A stretch of 64,000 nt of DNA from Eledone cirrhosa (Eukaryota), in the NCBI GenBank assembly GCA_964016885.1, contig OZ024765.1:5952001-6016000 (forward strand). The letters run 5' to 3'. A model generated the notes under the pieces. It had not been told where the DNA came from. It did not search any database and saw only the letters and a program-made list of their open reading frames with translations. Positions 1-13,579 of the stretch are shown piece by piece (within the stretch, counting starts at the first letter, position 1; each line of letters opens with the position of its first letter). Made by a program: the position numbers and the translations under genes.

Positions 1-194
1 CAGTCGTAGAAAACCTTCCAGATACAGTTGTTCTGTAAGAGCGAGACAGACACAGTGACCCGATCAATCTTGCCTCAAGTGGGACAATCCCTGTCTAACC
101 CATGTTAGCATGGAAGATAGACGTTAAACGATGATGATGATGATATATATCACAATTAGCCGTCGTTTTTTATGGCACAGGGCCAGCTATTCAT

Positions 195-581
195 CATCAT
201 CATCATCATTTTACGTCCGCTTTTTCCCTGTTTGCAAGGGTGGGACGGGAACTGATTCTGGCTTGATTTCTACAGCTGGATGCCCTTCCTAACACCAACC
301 TCATTTACAGTGAGTGCTGGGTGCTTTTTTGCCGTGGTGCCTACACGTCCACTTTGCAGTGAGTGCTGGGTGCTTTTTTGCCGTGGCACCTCCACGACCA
401 CTTTGCAGTGGAATGATAGGGACCCCAGTTCCTATCATCTCATTTCTACAGCTGAGTAAACTGGAGCAATGTGGAATAAAGTGTCTTGCTCAAGGAAACA
501 ACACATCACCACGCCTGAGAATTGAACTCACAACCTTTCGATTGCAAGGTCAATGCTCTAACCACTATGTATATATGTATG

Positions 582-618
<37 letters not shown>

Positions 619-757
619 ATATATATATGTATGTATGTATATATATGTATGTATGTATGTATGTATATACACATCACCCGGTCTGAGAATTGAACTCACA
701 AATTTACTGTATTCGATTGCAAGGCCAATGCTCTAACCACTAAGCCATGTGCCTCCT
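195..757 (-). mobile_element. tRNA-derived SINE, family 1, interrupted by a (TA/TATG)n tract
   Basis: reverse complement of the 4092-4412 element; (ATG)n tail at 195-207; duplicated head segment at 670-757. Confidence 0.8.
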
Positions 758-841
758 ATTGATGATAATAATTATTGTGTTGTTGTTATTGTTGTTGTTG
801 TTGTTGTTTCAATAGTTGCTATCTATTGTTCTCCTTCACAG

Positions 842-949
842 AACCAAATCGACCCCATGAAACTATCACGTGTGTGTTCCCCTCATCCCTGGAGCTACCA
901 ACCAGTCTTGCTTTCCAGGTGTGCACCAGCTACCTAAGACCATCTTCAG
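842..949 (+). CDS. BBS9: BBS9/PTHB1 internal exon (first visible; upstream exons lie outside the window)
   Basis: ttcacag acceptor at 841, cag|gtaaga donor, phase 1/1; encodes (E)PNRPHETITCVFPSSLELPTSLAFQVCTSYLRPSS, in frame with the next exon. Confidence 0.75.
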
Positions 950-977
950 GTAAGAGACATTTGATCACCTGACTTCC

Positions 978-1008
<31 letters not shown>

Positions 1009-1009
<1 letters not shown>

Positions 1010-1203
1010 TGGCTGTAATCGTTAGAGCGTTGGACAAAATGCTTTGCGGCATAGAGTTACGGCCCTTTACGTTCTGAGTTCAAATCCCGCTGAGGTTAGC
1101 TTTGCCTTTTTATCGTTACAGGGTTGATAAAATAAAGTACCAGTTATGCACTGAGGTCAATGTAATCGACTTTCCCTTCTCCCCCCAAAAAAATTGCTGG
1201 CCT
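1009..1203 (+). mobile_element. tRNA-derived SINE, family 2
   Basis: B-box-like gagttcaaatccc and body ttgccttt...gataaaataaagtaccag...aaattgctggcc, recurring more than 8 times in the window. Confidence 0.75.
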
Positions 1204-2356
1204 CTACAGAGTGAACTGGGTGTATTTTGTCTTGGCACCAGATCTACCACTTTACAGAGTGAACTGGGTGTATTTTGTCTTGGCACCAGATCTACCACTT
1301 TACAGAGTGAACTGGGTGTATTTTGTCTTGGCACCAGATCTACCACTTTACAGAGTGAACTGGGTGTATTTTGTCTTGGCACCAGATCTACTTTACAGAG
1401 TGAACTGGGTGTATTTTGTCTTAGCACCAGATCTACCACTTTACAGAGTGAACTGGGTGTATTTTGTCTTGGTACCAGATCGACCACTTTACAGAGTGAA
1501 CTGGGTGTATTTTGTCTTGGCACCAGATCGACCACTTTACAGAGTGAACTGGGTGTATTTTGTCTTAGCACCAGATCTACTACTTTACAGAGTGAACTGG
1601 GTGTATTTTGTCTTAGCACCAGATCTACTACTTTACAGAGTGAACTGGGTGTATTTTGTCTTAGCACCAGATCTATTACTTTACAGAGTGAACTGGGTGT
1701 ATTTTGTCTTGGCACCAGATCTACTACCTTACAGAGTGAACTGGGTGTATTTTGTCTTGGCACCAGATCTACTACTTTACAGAGTGAACTGGGTGTATTT
1801 TGTCTTGGCACCAGATCTACTACTTTACAGAGTGAACTGGGTGTATTTTGTCTTGGCACCAGATCTACCACTTTACAGAGTGAACTGGGTGTATTTTGTC
1901 TTGGCACCAGATCTACCACTTTACAGAGTGAACTGGGTGTATTTTGTCTTGGCACCAGATCTACCACTTTACAGAGTGAACTGGGTGTATTTTGTCTTGG
2001 CACCAGATCTACCACTTTTCAGAGTGAACTGGGTGTATTTTGTCTTGGCACCAGATCTACCACTTTACAGAGTGAACTGGGTGTATTTTGTCTTGGCACC
2101 AGATCTACCACTTTACAGAGTGAACTGGGTGTATTTTGTCTTGGCACCAGATCTACCACTTTACAGAGTGAACTGGGTGTATTTTGTCTTGGCACCAGAT
2201 CTACTACTTTACAGAGTGAACTGGGTGTATTTTGTCTTGGCACCAGATCTACTACTTTACAGAGTGAACTGGGTGTATTTTGTCTTGGCACCAGATCTAC
2301 CACTTTACAGAGTGAACTGGGTGTATTTTGTCTTGGCACCAGATCTACTACTTTAC
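1204..2356. repeat. 48-bp minisatellite, about 24 copies
   Basis: unit ttacagagtgaactgggtgtattttgtcttggcaccagatctaccact; explains ORFs 1102..2817, 1116..2015 and 1211..2590. Confidence 0.95.
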
Positions 2357-2596
2357 TGGGTACTTTTTGGCTTCTTGTTGCTGCTACTGTTGTTGTTGTT
2401 TTTGCCGTTGTTGTTGTTGTTGTTGCTGCTGCTGTTGTTGCCGTTGTTGCTGCTGCTACTGTTGTTTTTGTTGTTGTTGCTGCTGCTACTGTTGTTTTTG
2501 TTGCTGTTGTTGTTGTTGTTGTTGCTATTGTTGTTGCTGCTGCTACTGTTGTTGTTTTTGCCATCTTCAGTGAGCTCACACTGTCTGTAATTCTAG

Positions 2597-2737
2597 GTAG
2601 CAATAAACAGGTAACAACTGACCTCCGACTGCCTCTTCGGTTGCTTGTCAAGCCAGCAACACCTGTCAAGAATGCTAATTACAAGATTACTATTGACTCT
2701 AACAAGGCCTCCGTAAATCTAAACAAGATATTCCCAG
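2597..2737 (+). CDS. BBS9: BBS9 exon
   Basis: ttctag acceptor, cag|gtattt donor, phase 1/1; GSNKQVTTDLRLPLRLLVKPATPVKNANYKITIDSNKASVNLNKIFP resembles the BBS9 segment RLPLKL...KITIDTNK..V.L..LFP as I recall it. Confidence 0.88.
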
Positions 2738-3139
2738 GTATTTTTCTCACTCTTCTTATATATGTTTCTTCTCTGAATTATTTCATACACACCCGACCTC
2801 CCATGGGTACATGCTGAAGCATATAAACAATATGCCCCCACTCCCCCCACCGCAAGGTGGTCGTGGAGGTGCCACGGCAAAAAGGCACCCAGCCCACACT
2901 GTAAAGTGGACGTGTAGGCGCCACGAAAAAGCACCCAGCACTCACTGTAAGTGAGGTTGGTGTTAGGAAGGGCATCCAGCTGTAGAAATGAAGCCAGATC
3001 AGTTCCTGTATGAGCAAGGCATGGTCAGCCGACCAGACACTGCCCACAACAGGACAACCCGTCTAACCCATGCTAGCGTGGAAGAACGGACGTAAAACGG
3101 TGATGATGATGATGATGATGACACATACACACTATATAT

Positions 3140-3760
3140 CATCCTCATCATCATCATTGTTTAACGTCCGTGTTCCACGCTTGCATGGGTTTGGACGGGG
3201 GTAGTCCCACTTGAGGCAAGAGTGGCTGTCTTGCTCGCATAGGACTGTCTGGCGGGTTTTCTACAGTTGGATGCCCTTCCTAACACCAACCACATTTACA
3301 GTGTGGGGCTGGGACGTTTTTACCGTGTTGCCTACACGGCCACATTACAGCGTGGACTGTCTGGCGTGTTTTCTACGGCTGGATGCCCTTCCTAACACCA
3401 ACCACATTTACAGTGTGGGGCTGGGACGTTTTTACCGTGTTGCCTACACGGCCACATTACAGCGTGGACTGTCTGGCGTGTTTTCTACAGCTGGATGCCC
3501 TTCCTAACACCAACCACATTTACAGTGTGGGGCTGGGAGGTTTTTACCGTGTTGCCTACACGGCCACATTACAGCGTGGACTGTCTGGCGTGTTTTCTAC
3601 AGCTGGATGCCCTTCCTAACACCAACCACATTTACAGTGTGGACTGGGAGGTTTTTACCGTGTTGCCTACACGGTCACATTACAGCGTGGACTGTGTTTT
3701 TTTTTTGTCGTGGCACCTACACGACCTCATTTGTTTCGGACTGGATGTTGTGGTACCAAC
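3140..3760 (-). mobile_element. SINE body with an internal 112-bp tandem amplification
   Basis: (CAT)n tail at 3140; ggatgcccttcctaacaccaacc core repeated 4 times at 112-bp spacing. Confidence 0.75.
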
Positions 3761-3867
3761 ATAACTTTACATTGAAAGGGGTGGTGTGGATGGGGTGGGG
3801 GTTGTGGGACGGGGGTGTATTTTTGTTAGAGGTGCCTACTGACTGTAGTAGGTTTCACTTTGTACTT

Positions 3868-4062
3868 AGGTAAGGCGGGTCTTCTCTATTACTGTGTAGC
3901 GCCAAAGATCTCGGTCCAGTGACATTGTCTTGGATAGGTGTAAGTGTGTGAGGTTGGAATTTATCAAGTCGTCCCAGGTTTTTCTGGGGCTGCCTACTCC
4001 GTGGCTACCGTCTATTTTTATTGCCCTGCAATTTTTTATACAGCTGTCGTCTTTCATGCGCA
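3868..4062 (-). pseudogene. RTE-clade LINE 3' fragment
   Basis: MRMKDDSCIKNC...G.PRKTWDDLI...DRDLWR is a typical RTE C-terminal motif. Confidence 0.7.
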
Positions 4063-4091
4063 TCATATATATATATATATATATACATAAG

Positions 4092-4412
4092 GCGGCAGAT
4101 GGCTTAGTGGTTAGAGCCTTGCAATAGAAAAGTTGTGAGTTCAATTCTCAGACCGGGTGATGTGTTGTTTCCTTGAGCAAGACACTTTATTTCACATTGC
4201 TCCAGTTTACTCAGCTGTAGAAATGAGATGATAGGCACTGGAGTCCCTATCATTCCACTGCAAAGTGGTCGTGTAGGTGGCACGGCAAAAAAGCACCCAT
4301 CACTCACTGTAAATGAGGCTGGTCTTAGGAAGGGCATCCAGCTGTAGAAATCAAGCCAGACTCAGTTTCCGTCCCACCCTTGCAAGCAGGGAAAAGCGGA
4401 CGTAAAATGATG
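4092..4412 (+). mobile_element. tRNA-derived SINE, family 1, near full length
   Basis: A box tggcttagtgg, B-box-like gagttcaattct, conserved ccttgagcaagacactt domain, tail cccttgcaagcagggaaaagcggacgtaaaatgatga; minus-strand copies at 9690-9955, 19915-20237 and 21740-22073. Confidence 0.85.
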
Positions 4413-4770
4413 AAAAAAAAAAAAAAAATATTAAGGATAGTATTTATAGTTATGTATATTTTAAACTTTTTATAGTTATGTATATTTTAAACCATAAACA
4501 GTGAAGGTCAGTAATTTATTACTACCTTATTACCAGTAAGATAAATAGCTCAATGTAATAACAACAGTTGTTCTACAGAGCAGTTATATAGAATTCACAA
4601 GAATCAAAGCTATGTTCAAAGCATTTATTCACTTACAATTGTTTCTTCCAAACCCAGGCTTGGAGTCTTTGGAGCATTTTTCAATGTTTGTACATATAAT
4701 TGAATTCTATATATATATACATATGGAGAAGAAGTTTATGAAATGGAAATGCGGGTATAAAGAATTTATT

Positions 4771-4887
4771 AGGTAACAATTGTTTCTATAGTGTATGGGT
4801 TACCTATACCTCGCTATTTGAATAATATAAAAATATTATCATAAACCGAAGGTACACTGTAAGCAAACACACCATGTCGTCAGACCT
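4771..4887 (-). ncRNA. Type I hammerhead ribozyme with enlarged domain II
   Basis: minus strand: aggt CTGACGA catggtgtgt...atacactata GAAA caattg TT acct; stem I aggt/acct, 9-bp stem II base, palindromic loop III. Confidence 0.7.
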
Positions 4888-5234
4888 TTGTATTGGAATG
4901 ATATGGAAATATTTTATACACTAGATAAAAAAGAAAGAAGGAGGTAGGAAGAGAAGGGGAAGAGGGAAGTGAGTAAGGGGGAGGGAGTCCTAGGATTTAA
5001 GACTGTCAGACTAGTAGAGATTGTAAGGAGAGAATGTTTTGGCAGCAGTTAGCTTAATGAGGCGTGTTAGGGTTGGCGGGGGGGGGGGGGGGTAAATTCT
5101 TCTAGTGGTGTTGTTCGGACAAAATTTAGTTAAAGGGGTCAAAGTGGCACAGAGTTACAGACAAGTTATTGGGGCTATTATAGTAGCAGGTTATTTCTAA
5201 AGGGGTCCAGAAAACAGTGTTTAGTACTATTATT

Positions 5235-5274
<40 letters not shown>

Positions 5275-5276
<2 letters not shown>

Positions 5277-5675
5277 GCGACGGCTGGAGAGAAATGAAGC
5301 AAGCATGCTCCGTTGGATGTGCAATGTCAATGTGTGTGAACAACCAAGAATAGATGAGTTAAGAGAGAAACTGTGTATAAGAGGGATGAGTTGTGGTGTG
5401 CGGGAGAGGAGACTGCGATGGTTTGGACATGTGATGTGCATGGGGGATGACCGCTGGGTAAAGAAGTGCCAAGAAATCCCAGTAGAAGAAGATGCTGTAG
5501 AGGAAGACCATAAAAATCATGGGTGGAGGTGGTGAGAGCAGACCTCAGATCGCTGAAGCTCACGGAGGAGATGACGAAGGACCGTGACAAATGGAGAGAT
5601 GATGTGTTGAATAGGACCTGTCCCACCCTTGCAAGCAGGGAAAAGTGGACGTAAAATGATGATGATGATGATGAT
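5275..5675 (+). pseudogene. RTE-clade LINE 3' end with (ATG)n tail
   Basis: RRLERNEASMLRWMC...RERRLRWFGHVM...DRDKWR, frameshifted; 3' tail shared with SINE family 1. Confidence 0.85.
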
Positions 5676-5894
5676 TGGGTTGTCGTGAGATATTATGTGA
5701 GGTAAAGCCTTTACTGTGACAATACAATAGTATATATAGAGTAATGTAAATGCTAAAGGGTTAATGTGGTACAAGATGTTAGTTATTATGACTATCATTT
5801 GTCTGTCTGTGTGTCTTGTTAATGTGGTTTACTGTGGTACAGGACATTCATAAGTCTCTCCTTCTCTCTCCTTGACTGTCTGTCTGTGTGTCAG

Positions 5895-5987
5895 ATTTAA
5901 CAGACGCCAGTATTTCAGGTTCCAATTCTGTTGTGGGCTGTCAGTACCTCAATGGCACAGTTGTCACAATATTGGCCTCAAAGTCAG
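5895..5987 (+). CDS. BBS9: BBS9 exon
   Basis: gtgtcag acceptor, cag|gtaagc donor, phase 1/1; DLTDASISGSNSVVGCQYLNGTVVTILASKS. Confidence 0.85.
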
Positions 5988-6300
5988 GTAAGCTACATCT
6001 CATTCTACATTCCCTTACACCTCTCTCTTCACCACCGGATTCTGTTACCCGGAGATTTAGCCATCTGCATTGTTGAGGCTTCCAAAACGACCCCCCAAAA
6101 AATAAATCTTATTATTCCACAATGCTTCAAGCAAACTTCAATACTCTCCTAAACAATGTTGTTTGGTATAGTTGGAAAAAAAAATGACACAGCCAGCTTA
6201 AATGCTAAAGGGTTAAACCATTTTTTTCCAACTTGTCCTTTTTCCACAAACTTTTTGAAGCCCTCTCATATATGTTGGTTGGTGTGTGTGTTTTTTTCAG

Positions 6301-6473
6301 AACGCTACCGTATTCAGTGTGATAGATTTGAAGCGATGTTCATCGTATGTGAAGAGTTTGTTAGGAGGTTGAAAAGGAACTTTGAACAGGATCGAATCTC
6401 TGACTTCAAGTTGACATTTAATGGTGTTCTACCGCTTCAGGAATATTTTGAGCTGATCAATGTACATTTGGAG
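6301..6473 (+). CDS. BBS9: BBS9 exon
   Basis: ttttcag acceptor, gag|gttggt donor, phase 1/0; ERYRIQCDRFEAM...LPLQEYFELINVHLE matches the BBS9 motifs RYRIQS and PLQEYFELID.H.E. Confidence 0.93.
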
Positions 6474-7014
6474 GTTGGTTTGACACTCTAGTATAAATAT
6501 ATACACACAGATACACAGACATAGATATACACACATATATACACATACAGATACACACATACAGATATACATAGATACACACATACAGATATACACAGAT
6601 ACACACATACAGATATACACAGATACACACATACAGATATACACAGATATACACACATACACAGACATAGATATACACAGATACACACAGATACAGATAT
6701 ACACAGACACAGATACACACAGATATACAGACATAGATATACACACATATATACACAGATACAGATACACACATACAGATATACACAGATACACAGACAT
6801 AGATATACACAGATACACGCATACAGATATACATAGATACACAGACATAGATACACACAGATAGATATACACAGATACACAGACATAGATACACACAGAT
6901 AGATATACACAGATACACAGACATAGATACACAGATACACACAGATAGATATACACAGATATACTCACATACAGATACACACCTACACACATAGATATAC
7001 ATAGATACATACAT

Positions 7015-7592
7015 ACATGGTGGCTGCCAACTCGTTTTCGAGTACGGCCACTACTTTATATCCATGTAGGAGAACCCCTACCAATGGGCTGAACAAGTGT
7101 GACTTTTTAGTCCAGCCAGCGACTTGAAAACTCTGGTACAAACAGTACACTTGTGACAATTATTGACACATAGTGCTGGGCCCATGGTACCATGTGACGA
7201 CAAGTGCAGAGAGATCTCCAGATATAAAGCAATGCCTGTGCCGTGAAGCTTTTATAGTGCGCAAAGGCACTGCACAAAGCCAGTCCCACTCTCTTAACCA
7301 AGATGATATTTACCAAAAAGAAGAACAAGTCAACATCATTGGATACCATCAGGGTTGCAGGTGTTATATCAGAGTTTACCTTCTCCTAGAATTCTGCCTT
7401 GACAAAGGCTAAGGGGTCATCTCTCCCGGTGATTTTGGATGGCCATTGACTCTTAAGAGCTCCTTTGCCCTTTGACAGGTTTTGTTTTTAGTCCTGTAGG
7501 ATGTCCAAAGTCACCCTCCTCACCAAGAAACCTTGGTGGGGTTGCCAGTTTAGTCGCCAATGACCCGACCATGAGACAGGTTGTACTGGGAT
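7015..7592 (-). mobile_element. Dispersed repeat, probably a non-LTR (RTE-like) 5' region; second copy at 39082-39727
   Basis: about 580 bp nearly identical to 39082-39660; minus-strand motifs ggcgactaaactggcaacccc and ctaggagaagg(t/a)aaactctga resemble RTE 5' UTRs. Confidence 0.6.
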
Positions 7593-7894
7593 ACATGTTA
7601 CCAGTAGCACCAACTGGTGACCTGACATACATACAGATATACAGACATAGATACATACAGATATACACAGATACACACAGATACACAGACATAGATATAC
7701 ACAGGTATACTCACATACACACACACACACACTTCACAAACAGACACACATACATGCACACACACTCACATACAGATACACATACACACACATATATATA
7801 CACACACACATAGATACACAGATATATATACACACCGATACACATAGATACACAGATATATACACACGTAAGCACACATAGATACACAGATATA

Positions 7895-9455
7895 TACACA
7901 CATAAACACAGATATATACACAGACTCAGATATATACACATAAACACAGATATATACACATAAACACAGATATATACACATAAACACAGATATATACAAA
8001 TAGACTCAGATATATACACATAAACACAGATATATACACATAAACACAGATATACACATAAACACAGATATACACACATAAACACAGATATATACACATA
8101 AACACAGATATATACACTTAAACACAGATATGTACACATAAACACAGATATACACACATAAACACAGATATATACACATCAACACAGATATATACACATA
8201 GACACAGATATATACACATAGACACAGATATACACACATAAACACAGATATATACACATAAACACAGATATATACACATAAACACAGATATACACACATA
8301 AACACGGATATACACACATAAACACAGATATACACACATAAACACAGATATATACACATAAACACAGATATATACACTTAAACACAGATATGTACACATA
8401 AACACAGATATACACACATAAACACAGATATGTACACATAAACACAGATAAACACACATAAACACAGATATATACACATCAACACAGATATATACACATA
8501 GACACAGATATATACACATAGACACAGATATATACACATAGACACAGATATACACACATAAACACAGATATACACACATAAACACAGATATACACACATA
8601 AACACAGATATACACACATAAACACAGATATACACACATAAACACAGATATATACACATAAACACAGATATATACACATCAACACAGATATATACACATA
8701 GACACAGATATATACACATAGACACAGATATATACACATAGACACAGATATATACACATCAACACAGATATATACACATCAACACAGATATATACACATA
8801 GACACAGATATATACACATAGACACAGATATATACACATAGACACAGATATATACACATAGACACAGATATACACACATAAACACAGATATACACACATA
8901 AACACAGATATATACACATAAACACAGATATATACACATAAACACAGATATACACACATAAACACAGATATATACACATAAACACAGATATATACACTTA
9001 AACACAGATATGTACACATAAACACAGATATATACACATAGACACAGATATATACACATAGACACAGATATACACACATAAACACAGATATACACACATA
9101 AACACAGATATATACACATAAACACAGATATACACACATAAACACAGATATATACACATAAACACAAATATGTACACATAAACACAGATATACACACATA
9201 AACACAGATATATACACATAAACACAGATATACACACATAAACACAGATATACACACATAAACACAGATATATACACATAGACACAGATATATACACATA
9301 GACACAGATATATACACATAAACACAGATATATACACACATAGACATACATAGATACACAGATATATACACATAAACACAGATATATATATACACATAAA
9401 CACAGATATATACACACATAGACATACATAGATACACAGATATATACACATAAAC
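7895..9455. repeat. 20-bp minisatellite grown out of a (CA/TA) microsatellite
   Basis: unit aacacagatatatacacata, about 75 copies. Confidence 0.9.
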
Positions 9456-9510
9456 ACACTAATACTAACACAAATAAATTCTGATTCTATTCAATTCTTC
9501 CTTGATTCAG

Positions 9511-9663
9511 CAACGTCAGGAAGTGCAGAAATGTAAAGAGGAGCTGGCAATGAAGGCAACACAGTTCCGCGCCATTCAGAAACGACTCCTCATAAAATAC
9601 AAGGACAAATCCCCTTCACATCTTGTTGGCTTGGACATTATTATGGAAGAGACATATAATCAG
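9511..9663 (+). CDS. BBS9: BBS9 exon
   Basis: gattcag acceptor, cag|gtgagt donor, phase 0/0; ...[34 protein letters not shown] matches BBS9 QFRAIQRRLL.RFKDKTP. Confidence 0.95.
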
Positions 9664-9985
9664 GTGAGTATTGAGGGGCATACATATCATCATCATCAGC
9701 ATCATCATCATCTTACGTCCGCTTTTCCCTGCTTGCAAGGGTGGGACGGGAACTGGTTCTGGCTTGATTTCTACAGCTGGATGCCCTTCCTAACACCAAC
9801 CTCATTTACAGTGAGTGCTGGGTGCTTGTTTGCCGTGGCACCTCCACGACCACTTTGCAGTGGAATGATAGGGACCCCAGTCCCTATCATCTCATTTCTA
9901 CAGCTGAGTAAACTGGAGCAATGTGAAATAAAGTGTCTTGCTCAAGGAAACAACATATGTATGTATATATATATATATATATGTA

Positions 9986-10019
<34 letters not shown>

Positions 10020-10242
10020 CATATATATATATACATACATATATATATACATATATATATATACATACATATATATATATATACATATATACACATACAT
10101 ATATATATACACATACATATATATATACATATATATATATACACACATACATATATATATATACACACATACATACATATATATATATATACACATACAT
10201 ATATATATATATACACATACATATATATATATATACACATAC

Positions 10243-10275
<33 letters not shown>

Positions 10276-10294
10276 CACATACATATATATATAC

Positions 10295-10416
<122 letters not shown>

Positions 10417-11057
10417 GTATATATATATATATATCATCATCATCATCATCTTCGTTTAACATCCATCTTCCACGCTAGCATGGGTTAGACGGAAGTTCTC
10501 TCATTTGAGGCAAGGTTGGTCAGGTGACCGTGTCTCGCTTATTTAGAAAACATAAGAGAAGCACAAACATAAACACAAGAACAATTGCCACTTGTCGGCT
10601 GTCTTTTGTGGATCACTGATGTTTCGAACGCATTAAAGACAATACATCTCACCATAGTGCGTTGATAACTAGGTGGGTTAGCTATCTGGGGAAACAACAA
10701 CAATAAAAAGACGATAACGAAGAGAACAACGAAGAGAACAACAAAAAAAAAAAATACACAAAGGAGAAAAACAAACTGATAGAGAAGGGGAAAACACGAG
10801 ACAGCAGTGCATGTCTAACTTAATAGCACCGCCTGGATATGTATTTATTAGTAACCAGGGGAAGAGAGAGAAGTTAATGCAGAGACCGAACATAAGTCCT
10901 GAATCTGTACTAACAGGACGAGGGATATATATATATATAACTTTGATAGGTTTCAGCCAGTATTGGCCCAGGCCGTGTGGAACTTTATAGCACCACCTGG
11001 ATATATATATGTATGTATTAGAAACGAGGGAGGGGGTCGTATGAGAGATGTAGATGC

Positions 11058-11340
11058 AGGCGCGTGGCCGAGTGGGAAGTGTGTTGAACTTACGATCATA
11101 AGGTCATATGGGTTCGATTCCTGGGCTGGGTTGTGTGTTGTGTTCTTGAGCAAAACACTTCATTTCACGTTACTCCAGTAAACTCAACTGAAAATAAGTA
11201 TCAGCAATAGCTGGGTAGGTTAACCCTACGATGGACGGATGTCCTGTCCATAATGGGAGAAAATCTTGTACTCTCAGTCACTTCATGCCATGGAAATCGA
11301 GATAAACACCGGCTTGAGTCTCAGGGCTTCAGACAGACTT
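11058..11340 (+). mobile_element. tRNA-derived SINE, family 3; second copy at 32523-32785
   Basis: A box tggccgagtgg, B box ggttcgattcc, domain gtgttcttgagcaaaacactt, 3' part aaccctacgatggac. Confidence 0.85.
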
Positions 11341-11911
11341 TAGACTTAGATACAGTAATAAAAACGAGAGATATCAGTGAGTTGCTTCCCCTTCTGTACA
11401 CTCTCTTCTCTCTCTCCTCCTTTCCCTTATTCAGCAGACGTTAGATCGTTTCGCCATCTTCCGAGTCAGATCTAAGAGAGTTATTCCCCATGGACATCTC
11501 ATGTCGACCAACAGACCGCAACCATTTTTTTTTTTTTTTTGTCACTCATTAATTTTTAATTCTTTTTTCTTCGGTTTTCAACTACGATGTCTCAAATTTT
11601 ACGGCAGAAAACTTCATGTCGTAGGAATACGAATAAATTAAATTAAATTATTTAAAAAAAATACGCAAACAAAATATTTATAAGCAAAATATAAAGATTA
11701 TTGATACACTTGTTGAGTGGTTGCAAGAATCGAAACTATATCGATAGATTTATATAAATGATTTATTTTTTTGCTTAAATAAATAAATACAAGTTATATA
11801 TATATACACACACACATACTTATGTCAGGTCAACAACTTAAAGTAGAAACTATGATATTTCACATTAAAAAATGATGAATTTTAAAAGTGTTTGAAAAAT
11901 TATATATCCAT

Positions 11912-11942
<31 letters not shown>

Positions 11943-11956
11943 GTCTCTTGTTACAG

Positions 11957-12145
11957 ATCCTTCTGTTGTCTGAAATGATCGAGGGGAACAATAGGGAGCT
12001 AGAATTAGCTTCTGACCATCTCAGCTGCGGCACATCCATGTTAAACCTTATCATACGACTCTGGTGCCCAGGTAATATGTCTGACCAGGAGTTTGTTGTT
12101 CTCAATACAGTTCTCTCCCCTGTCATCAATAACAACGACCATCAG
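11957..12145 (+). CDS. BBS9: BBS9 exon
   Basis: ttacag acceptor after a (CT)n tract, cag|gtttgt donor, phase 0/0, 189 nt; ILLLSEMIEGNNRELE...LNLIIRLW...LSPVINNNDHQ. Confidence 0.85.
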
Positions 12146-12927
12146 GTTTGTCACTATCTCCTCTTTTTATCTACTAAATTCTCATCTCTGCCCTTTTTAC
12201 TTGGATCGTCAGAAGATCCCAGTAAAATAAATGTTTCTACTTTTGGCACAAGGCCAGCAATTACCCAGTACATTACTGGTACTTTATTTTATCGGCGTCG
12301 TAATGTTGAAAGGCAAAGTTAACCTTGACGGGATTTGAACTTAGACCGCAAAGGGACGTAACTATGCTAGAAAGCATAGCGTCCGACCCTCTACCAATAC
12401 TGCCAAATGTAACATCGATACATACAAACAGGTTGAAAACTAACCTGGACTATCTCGAATAGACAAGAACCGATTAAAATCTTGGGTTTTGAGGTTTCTG
12501 GGATTCCGGGAAGACAGGAGAACCGTTTAGTTGTGTCAAGGACATGACAACCTCCCTAGTGGTAGTGTTCTACACAATAAAAGTACCCAGTACACGTTGT
12601 AAAGTGGTTGGTGTTAGGAAGGGCATCCAGCCGTAGAAAGCTTTCCAAACACAGGGCTGCGAGGACACCACTTTTTTTTTATCAAAAGACCAAAAGACAC
12701 GACAGCTTCTCCTTCTGCACTTCATAGAACGTATAACTGTATGTGGTGGTGGTGATCATCATCATCATCATCATCATCGTCGTTTAACGTCCATCTTCCA
12801 TGTTAGCACGGGTTGGACGGGTTTGTCCCACTTGAGGCAAGATTGGTCAGGTGACCGTGTCTTGCTCGTATAGGACTGTTTCTGGCAGGTTTTCTACGGC
12901 TGGATGCCCTTCCTAACATCAACCCAC

Positions 12928-13330
12928 ATTTAGAGTGTGGACTGGGAGCCTTTTTACCGTGTCTCCTACACGACCACTTTACAGTGTGGACTAGGAGCCT
13001 TTTTACTGTATCTCCTATACGACCACCTTACAGTGTGGACTGGGAGCCTTTTTACTGTGTCTCCTATACGACCATTTTACAGTGTGGACTGGGAGCCTTT
13101 TTACTGTATCTCCTATACGACCACCTTACAGTGTGGACTGGGAGCCTTTTTACTGTATCTCCTATACGACCACCTTACAGTGTGGACTGGGAGCCTTTTT
13201 ACTGTATCTCCTATACGACCACTTTACAGTGTGGACTGGGAGCCTTTTTACCGTGTCTCCTACACGACCACTTTACAGTGTGGACTGGGAGCCTTTTTAC
13301 CGTGTCTCCTACACGACCACTTTACAGTGA
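12928..13330. repeat. 49-bp tandem repeat inside a SINE, about 8 copies
   Basis: unit ttacagtgtggactgggagcctttttactgtatctcctatacgaccact. Confidence 0.9.
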
Positions 13331-13579
13331 ACAGAAGTGGGAGGATATAGTAGGGGGTATATATTGGGTTAAGAGGTGCTTACTGACTGGTGGTGATTAT
13401 TATTATTATTATTATTATTGTCATTTTTATACGATCTGAGTTCAAATCCTGCCGAGGTTAAACTTTGCCTTTCATCCTTACGGGTTCGATAAAATGAAGT
13501 ACCAGTACTGTACTGGGTAATTGCTGGCCTTGTGCCAAAAGTAGAAACAATTATTATTATTATTTCTCTGTATCTCCAG

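Noticed and set aside
1102-2590. 571-, 459- and 299-aa repeat ORFs
   Set aside because: Open frames through a 48-bp minisatellite in a BBS9 intron; only 2597-2737 is a real exon.
2790-2857. HDV-like ribozyme at a putative RTE 5' end (also 39660-39727)
   Set aside because: Only a simple gtaccc/gggtac hairpin; I could not assign the nested double pseudoknot.
11058-11130. tRNA gene
   Set aside because: A and B boxes are present, but there is no acceptor stem and the sequence runs into a SINE body.
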